The notes beneath the pieces were generated by a model. That model was not told where the DNA came from. It did not search any database and saw nothing but the letters and a program-made list of their open reading frames with translations. From NCBI GenBank assembly GCA_020632265.1, contig JACKFW010000001.1, positions 534,846 to 598,845 on the forward strand: a stretch of DNA of 64,000 bases, given 5' to 3'. Each line of letters opens with the position of its first letter. Positions within the stretch are counted from its first letter, which is position 1. The position numbers were made by a program, and so were the translations under genes. The DNA comes from Pseudomonadales bacterium. Lineage in GTDB: Bacteria > Patescibacteriota > Microgenomatia > UBA1400 > PJMF01. Positions 59,794-64,000 of the stretch are shown piece after piece.

Positions 59794-60870
59794 CTACAAT
59801 AAATAATAATTTCCTACAATATCACTAATCTTTTTTATAAAAAACTTATTTGTAAATTCATCTCTAGGACTTACTCTAAAAAAAGCATTATTAAAACCTG
59901 AGAAATTTTTTCCTTCTACCAAAGAAATTCCAGCATTCATTAAATCTTTTTCGAAAGTCTTTTTATCAATTTTTTTCGGAATTTTTATAAATAAATTATT
60001 TGATCCAGATGGAAACACTTCAAAACCTAGAAGTTCCAATTGAGAAGTCATCTTTATTCGCTGAAATCTCATATTTTTTTTGGTATACTTTAAAAACTTT
60101 TCATCTTTTAATGCTACCACAGCTAATTTTTCGCTTATTTCACTTATAGGAAACGGCTGAGAAAAATCCGAAAGTTTTTCAATTATTTCCTCTGAAGCAA
60201 CACAAAAACCAATACGCAGTGAAGCTAGCCCAAAACCTTTTGAAAATGTTCTTAAAATTATTAATTGTTTAAACTGATTAATGCTTGATATTAAGGATTC
60301 GCCACCAAATTCAATGTTGGCCTCATCTATTACAACTAATATATTTTGAGGGACTGATTTCAAAAACCTCTCTATCTGAGATTTTTGTAGAATATTTCCT
60401 GTGGGATTATTAGGATTACAAATAAAAATAATTTTTGTTTTATTAGTGATATTTTTGCTAACTTCATCCAAAGAAATACTCAAATCCTGATTCATTTTTG
60501 CTTCGAGGACGGTCGCACGAGCCTGTTTTGCGGCAATGTTAAACATTGGGAAAGTTAGTTTGGGAATAATCACTTGATTGTCAGCTTGAAGAAACAACCT
60601 TGATAAATTAATGATAATTGCCTCAGAACCATTGGAAATAAAAAAGTTCTGCTCATTCAAATCAAATTTTTTCGCAAGTGCCTTCTTTATTGCTGACAAT
60701 CTTGCATCAGGATAATCATTAAGTTTCAAATTCATTATCTTAAACTCTTTCAAGACTAGCGGAGAACATCCCAAAGGATTCTCGCTTAAAGATAAATCTA
60801 TCAACGCTTTCTTTCCAAAGGCATAAAGATTTTTAAAGCTAATCTTATTGTTTTTATTAATTTTTTTCAT
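59794..60870 (-). CDS. PLP-dependent aminotransferase of the histidinol-phosphate aminotransferase (HisC) family
   Basis: LSLSENPLGCSP, ICNPNNPTGN and RTFSKGFGLASLRIGF (Lys-PLP) motifs. Confidence 0.7.
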   Translation of the reverse strand: MKKINKNNKISFKNLYAFGKKALIDLSLSENPLGCSPLVLKEFKIMNLKLNDYPDARLSAIKKALAKKFDLNEQNFFISNGSEAIIINLSRLFLQADNQVIIPKLTFPMFNIAAKQARATVLEAKMNQDLSISLDEVSKNITNKTKIIFICNPNNPTGNILQKSQIERFLKSVPQNILVVIDEANIEFGGESLISSINQFKQLIILRTFSKGFGLASLRIGFCVASEEIIEKLSDFSQPFPISEISEKLAVVALKDEKFLKYTKKNMRFQRIKMTSQLELLGFEVFPSGSNNLFIKIPKKIDKKTFEKDLMNAGISLVEGKNFSGFNNAFFRVSPRDEFTNKFFIKKISDIVGNYYLL

Positions 60871-60907
60871 ATTTTTTCCTTTTTTTTAATTTATTTGTAA
60901 TTTGAGG

Positions 60908-60938
60908 CACAAAAAAACCTCCATTTTTAGGAGGTTGT
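60908..60938 (-). terminator. Rho-independent terminator downstream of the recombinase gene (AACCTCC-N7-GGAGGTT followed by a U-run on the minus strand)
   Basis: Perfect 7-bp stem. The minus-strand read is AACCTCCTAAAAATGGAGGTTTTTTTTGTG. Confidence 0.7.
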
Positions 60939-61095
60939 AGTTATTGAATAATTAAATTGTTTTAAATACTAAATTATGCGTTAAAAAATAAACCTCCTTT
61001 TTGGGCTTTATAATGCCAACAATGGTTATTTGTACTTAAAGTACAAGTGTATTTATTTAACATAATTCTAATATCTTTATATCTTACAAAAAAAT

Positions 61096-61962
61096 TTAAA
61101 GTTCTTCAATTTGAATATTTGGTTCCATCTCAGGGGCTTCAATAAGCTTGAGATATTTTTCAGTTGTAGTAATTCTTTTATGACCAACTAGCTGAGAAAC
61201 ATAAACCAAAGGTGTACCAGCTTTAAGTTGCTCAACTATGAATGTGTGTCTTAAATCATTAACTTTTGCTTCTTTAATACCCGCAAGCCTAAAATATCTA
61301 TCAATGGCAGTTCTAATATTTCTAACTAAAAATGGTCTGCAAGTTTTTGTCAAAAACACAGTTTTTTCTCGGGCTCGTGGTCTAACTTGTAAATAGTCAG
61401 TTATTGCAGATTTTGCAGCTACGTTTAACGGAACTTTACGTGCCCCTCTTGAATTTTGAGCTTGGATAATAATTATATTACGTTCAAAATCGACATCAAT
61501 CATCTGTAAAGCGGCTAATTCACTAATTCTCATTCCAGTCTGAAGTAAAACCTCAACGACTGCTGACATACGAGCGTCACCTCTACAAGCATCTCTAAGA
61601 GCTCTGTACTCTATTTTTGAAAGCACTCTAGGAGGAGATTGCTCATATTTAGGATGAGTAATAATATCAGCAGGATTACTAGTAATTGAACCCTGAGATA
61701 CTAGGAATCTAAAAAAAGCTTTAATTGAATTAATTTTTCTTGAGATTGATTTGCCCGTATATCTTTGCTTATTTAACAAAGCCTTAAATTCATCAATATC
61801 ATCGGAAGTCACTTCATCAACCTCAGACTTACCTTTTTTGGTAACGAAAGCAACGAGTTGCTCAATATCTTTGCTGTAAGCTATAATGGTTGCATTAGCC
61901 TTACCAGACTCTTTAAGTTTTTCGGTAAACAATGCTTGCGCATCTAATAAAGTAACTTGCAT
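61096..61962 (-). CDS. Tyrosine site-specific recombinase, XerC/XerD family
   Basis: N-terminal core-binding (SAM-like) domain and a C-terminal catalytic domain with R...HxxR...Y residues (RISELAAL, LRHTFIV, LVGHKRITTTEKYL). Its size (288 aa) is typical of Xer rather than a phage integrase. Confidence 0.8.
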   Translation of the reverse strand: MQVTLLDAQALFTEKLKESGKANATIIAYSKDIEQLVAFVTKKGKSEVDEVTSDDIDEFKALLNKQRYTGKSISRKINSIKAFFRFLVSQGSITSNPADIITHPKYEQSPPRVLSKIEYRALRDACRGDARMSAVVEVLLQTGMRISELAALQMIDVDFERNIIIIQAQNSRGARKVPLNVAAKSAITDYLQVRPRAREKTVFLTKTCRPFLVRNIRTAIDRYFRLAGIKEAKVNDLRHTFIVEQLKAGTPLVYVSQLVGHKRITTTEKYLKLIEAPEMEPNIQIEEL

Positions 61963-62067
61963 AATGATTCAAATCTAGCTAATTATACTATGTTTATAAT
62001 TTTATTTATCAAGTATTTAATCTTGAACATCAATGTCTTATAATATCATGAAGATGGATTTTTATCA

Positions 62068-62424
62068 ATGACTAAGTTAATTTATCACCCTTTAATTGCA
62101 ATTTTGGTTACTATATTGGCAATTTTTACCGTTTTCTCTTTACTCAAACGTACTCAAAAAACTGAAGTGTCTACTCAAAATATCGAAAATTTGGAGAATG
62201 AAGTTAAAATTATGTCAGGAGAAGTCATGGATCTAGAAGAAAAGATCATTGAAACTGAATCAGAAGAATATAAAGAGAAAATTGTAAGAAATGAGTTATT
62301 ACTGCAAAAACCTGGAGAAATTGTAGTCCAATTGCCAGATGCCCAGACTGAAAAAGAGGTTATTATTGAAAAAAAAGATGAAAGCAAACCTATAGAACAA
62401 TGGATTAAACTATTTAATTTTTAA
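62068..62424 (+). CDS. Small TM plus coiled-coil protein, FtsB/DivIC-like septum-formation initiator
   Basis: One N-terminal TM helix, a coiled coil, then IVRNELLLQKPGEIVVQLPD, which resembles the FtsB signature ARNELGMVKPGETFYRL. Confidence 0.45.
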   Translation: MTKLIYHPLIAILVTILAIFTVFSLLKRTQKTEVSTQNIENLENEVKIMSGEVMDLEEKIIETESEEYKEKIVRNELLLQKPGEIVVQLPDAQTEKEVIIEKKDESKPIEQWIKLFNF

Positions 62425-62486
62425 GATTGATGTCTTGTAATAATATACAAATGAAGATTTTATGGAATTCTAGGCAAAAAATAGTG

Positions 62487-62560
62487 TAGCAAGGGAGAGA
62501 TTTGAACTCTCGACCTTCGGTTTATGAATCCGATGCTCTAACCAGCTGAGCTACCTTGCC
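62487..62560 (-). tRNA. tRNA with anticodon CAT (Met; or Ile2 if lysidinylated)
   Basis: Minus-strand cloverleaf GGCAAGG-TA-GCTC-AGCTGGTTA-GAGC-A-TCGGA-TTCATAA-ACCGA-AGGTC-GAGAG-TTCAAAT-CTCTC-CCTTGCT-A. It has a G1-U72 wobble. Confidence 0.8.
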
Positions 62561-62667
62561 TATTTGTAATTTTTTCTCGACCAAAACTACTTTAGGATCG
62601 CAGGTAATTATAACAGAACTTTGACTTTTATCTAGAAAGTAATTATAATACCGGTCTGTCACATAGA

Positions 62668-62736
62668 CATAAAAACGCGCGGGATAGTGTACGGTGCACG
62701 TGAGGCTCATAATCTCGCAGGCTGGGTTCGACTCCC
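62668..62736 (+). tRNA. Probable second CAT-anticodon tRNA (compact, 69 nt; C1xA72 mismatch)
   Basis: CGCGGGA-TA-[GTG-TACGGTG-CAC]-G-TGAGG-CTCATAA-TCTCG-CAGG-CTGGG-TTCGACT-CCCAG-TCCCGCA-A. The T-arm and acceptor are good. The D-arm is short and the anticodon stem has two G-U pairs. A strong terminator follows. Confidence 0.5.
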
Positions 62737-62748
62737 AGTCCCGCAAAT

Positions 62749-62771
62749 TAAATAAAATGACTCCCTCTGGG
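62749..62771 (+). terminator. Rho-independent terminator (ACTCCC-TCTG-GGGAGT followed by T7) immediately after the plus-strand tRNA
   Basis: Read directly from the sequence. Confidence 0.8.
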
Positions 62772-62825
62772 AGTTTTTTTATTTAAGTGTGTGGTTAACT
62801 TTGAGTTGTTTGTCGTAGACAAAAC

Positions 62826-63112
62826 GAATCTGACCGAAGCGTAAGCGAGGGAATGTCCGAAGTGGAGACGAAGGACCCAGTCCCGCAACAATTAATGAAG
62901 ATGGCGACATAAGTCGTCTTTTTAATAATTGATGTGACTGATTTTGATGTCATTAACAAAAGTTGATTTGAATCTTGACTGAATTCTATGAAGGAATTTC
63001 CGGATTATAAATGGAGGATTGACCGAATTTCTGCGAGGGAGTGTCTGAAGCATAGGAGGAGAACCCAGTCACGCAAAATTCAATATAGAAGACAACCATT
63101 AGGTTGTTTTTT
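62826..63112 (+). repeat. Two homologous degenerate tRNA-like units (about 62826-62890 and 63010-63078). Each ends in the tRNA 3'-end sequence CCCAGTC(C/A)CGCAA and each is followed by its own hairpin-plus-T-run terminator (about 62896-62925 and 63092-63112).
   Basis: The units are about 75% identical to each other. Each carries a 5' acceptor/D-like segment GCGAGGGA(A/G)TGTC (compare the tRNA 5' end CGCGGGATAGTGT) and a 13-nt segment that matches the 3' end of the adjacent tRNA exactly or with 1 mismatch. The anticodon and T-loop regions are missing. Confidence 0.6.
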
Positions 63113-63126
63113 AACTTAAAACAAAA

Positions 63127-63987
63127 CTAGAGTTCTCTAGCAACATATGAATTATGAGTCAAATCATATCCATTAAATGCAAATATCTCAGACAAAGAAA
63201 CTGGATCTTTATCCTCACAGTATGTTGATGTTAAATGCTTAATTGTCATTTGATAATTTGACATTGCCCCAGAAATTCCTGGTACCAATATTTTTTTATT
63301 GCCAGTTCTCCGCCCCACTTCTGCTATGGCATTTATAAACTTTTCACAAAATATTTCCATATCATAAGCACCCTCATTTGGTATGTTAATTGCTCTAACA
63401 AGTAAGGCCTTCTCACCTGATTTTAATTGAACCTGGAATACAAGTCCTGTACCAACTAACTCAGCAGGTTCCTTTGCTGTATCGATAAATTTATAGGGAG
63501 TAACTTTCCAATTGCGCAACATAGATTGTTCAAATGTATAACATGCATTAGCAACATATCCAGACATTTCTCCAATCAATCCTTTATCTGGGATCATATC
63601 AACACTTCGTTGTGAATTAAGATCAGTCTTCTCAATATTAGGAATATCTTCTTTTAATACACCAACTACACCAGCAAAAATCCCTTTTAATCTTTTTAAT
63701 TGTTTTTTTCTTTTTGTATTAGAGAAAAATTCTCTTGTCTTAACAGACCAGTACGGACTACTCTCCTCAGATCCAAAGTTTATGGCATGATGTTTAATAA
63801 GTTCGTCATACACATTAATTGTGGTTAATAAAGCCTTTGGATTCAACTCTGTTACAGCCGCCAAATTTTGATACTTATCTCGAAGAGGACCATTATTCAA
63901 AATTCTGGAGAAAACTAATCGTTGCACCAAAACCTCCCACTGTTCTGATTGTTGTTTGTCAGGGTCAAACATCCCTATTATCTGCAA
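63127..63987 (-). CDS. Hypothetical protein (at least 286 aa; may extend past the window edge)
   Basis: A long ORF ending at the window boundary. No motifs recognised. Confidence 0.45.
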   Translation of the reverse strand: MQIIGMFDPDKQQSEQWEVLVQRLVFSRILNNGPLRDKYQNLAAVTELNPKALLTTINVYDELIKHHAINFGSEESSPYWSVKTREFFSNTKRKKQLKRLKGIFAGVVGVLKEDIPNIEKTDLNSQRSVDMIPDKGLIGEMSGYVANACYTFEQSMLRNWKVTPYKFIDTAKEPAELVGTGLVFQVQLKSGEKALLVRAINIPNEGAYDMEIFCEKFINAIAEVGRRTGNKKILVPGISGAMSNYQMTIKHLTSTYCEDKDPVSLSEIFAFNGYDLTHNSYVAREL

Positions 63988-64000
63988 TGCATCATCTATT

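Noticed and set aside
63088-63126. Terminator for the minus-strand hypothetical gene 63127..63987
   Set aside because: The ACAACC-ATTA-GGTTGT hairpin is followed by a T-run only on the plus strand. On the minus strand it is followed by CTTCTATATT. It is therefore assigned to the plus-strand tRNA-like unit, not to the minus-strand gene.
61096-63987. Integrated prophage or ICE at the tRNA locus
   Set aside because: The only mobile-type gene is a 288-aa Xer-size tyrosine recombinase. There are no capsid, terminase, replication, relaxase or transposase genes between or around the repeats. The flanking gene at 63127-63987 is unrecognisable, but a single gene does not make an element. The locus is treated as a possible scar or ncRNA locus instead.
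1-64000. Alternative genetic code (UGA = Gly, code 25, as in some CPR lineages)
   Set aside because: With the standard code all long housekeeping proteins (PNPase, DnaK, FtsH, FtsK, SufB, IF-2, NusA) are full-length, with conserved C-termini ending at the called stops. No in-frame stop interrupts any conserved domain.

Overview
This is a 64-kb, AT-rich, gene-dense bacterial chromosomal segment. Most genes lie on the minus strand. The standard genetic code appears to apply, because long housekeeping proteins (PNPase 790 aa, DnaK 658 aa, FtsH 680 aa) read through intact. Several traits suggest a small-genome Patescibacteria/CPR-like organism, though this is inference only. The traits are a truncated IF-2, a short SufD, a short HrcA, stand-alone Pol I-type 5'-3' and 3'-5' exonuclease genes, abundant glycosyltransferases and surface proteins, and many short tandem repeats in intergenic regions.

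Housekeeping blocks recognised from the translations:
- ABC-F ATPase.
- A GT2/GT4 cell-envelope cluster with a secreted C39-like peptidase protein.
- Dus, tRNA-Val, a TMTC-like TPR membrane protein and ComFC.
- FtsK and RNase J.
- Family-4 UDG.
- A Lon-derived AAA+ protein that lacks both the substrate-binding and the protease domains.
- A pentose-phosphate/nucleotide-salvage cluster: PfkB kinase, LOG, Rpe, RpiB and, further on, a LacD-like aldolase.
- A SUF Fe-S assembly locus (sufC-sufB-sufD ... sufS-sufU, SufT-like, ferredoxin, FNR-like reductase, DsbA-like protein) interleaved with two NUDIX hydrolases.
- SOD.
- pnp, rpsO, infB and nusA.
- The hrcA-grpE-dnaK-dnaJ heat-shock operon with a CIRCE-like operator.
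- A GH-A glycosidase with a GT4 glycosyltransferase.
- A 5'-3' exonuclease, FtsH, CsaA-like tRNA-binding protein, TrpRS and a HisC-like aminotransferase.
- A Xer-type tyrosine recombinase next to two CAT-anticodon tRNAs.

Candidate novel or accessory loci:
1. A four-gene block of unrecognisable proteins that splits the suf operon between sufD and sufS (28.7-32.2 kb).
2. An island at 9.6-12.4 kb containing a 600-bp ORF-free stretch, two unknown proteins and tandem repeats.
3. The Lon AAA+-only protein.
4. A CARDB surface protein and a multi-TM protein inserted between rpsO and pnp.
5. A tRNA/Xer locus followed by two degenerate tRNA-like units, each with its own terminator (62.7-63.1 kb).

Several unusual cis or protein-level features also stand out: a perfect 14-bp inverted repeat covering the start codon of the aldolase gene just 3' of pnp, an RGG-rich C-terminal tail on PNPase, and 30-bp perfect tandem repeats inside grpE.

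I could not run homology searches. All functional calls rest on motifs read directly from the translations. Coordinates of features located by eye may be off by 1-2 nt.
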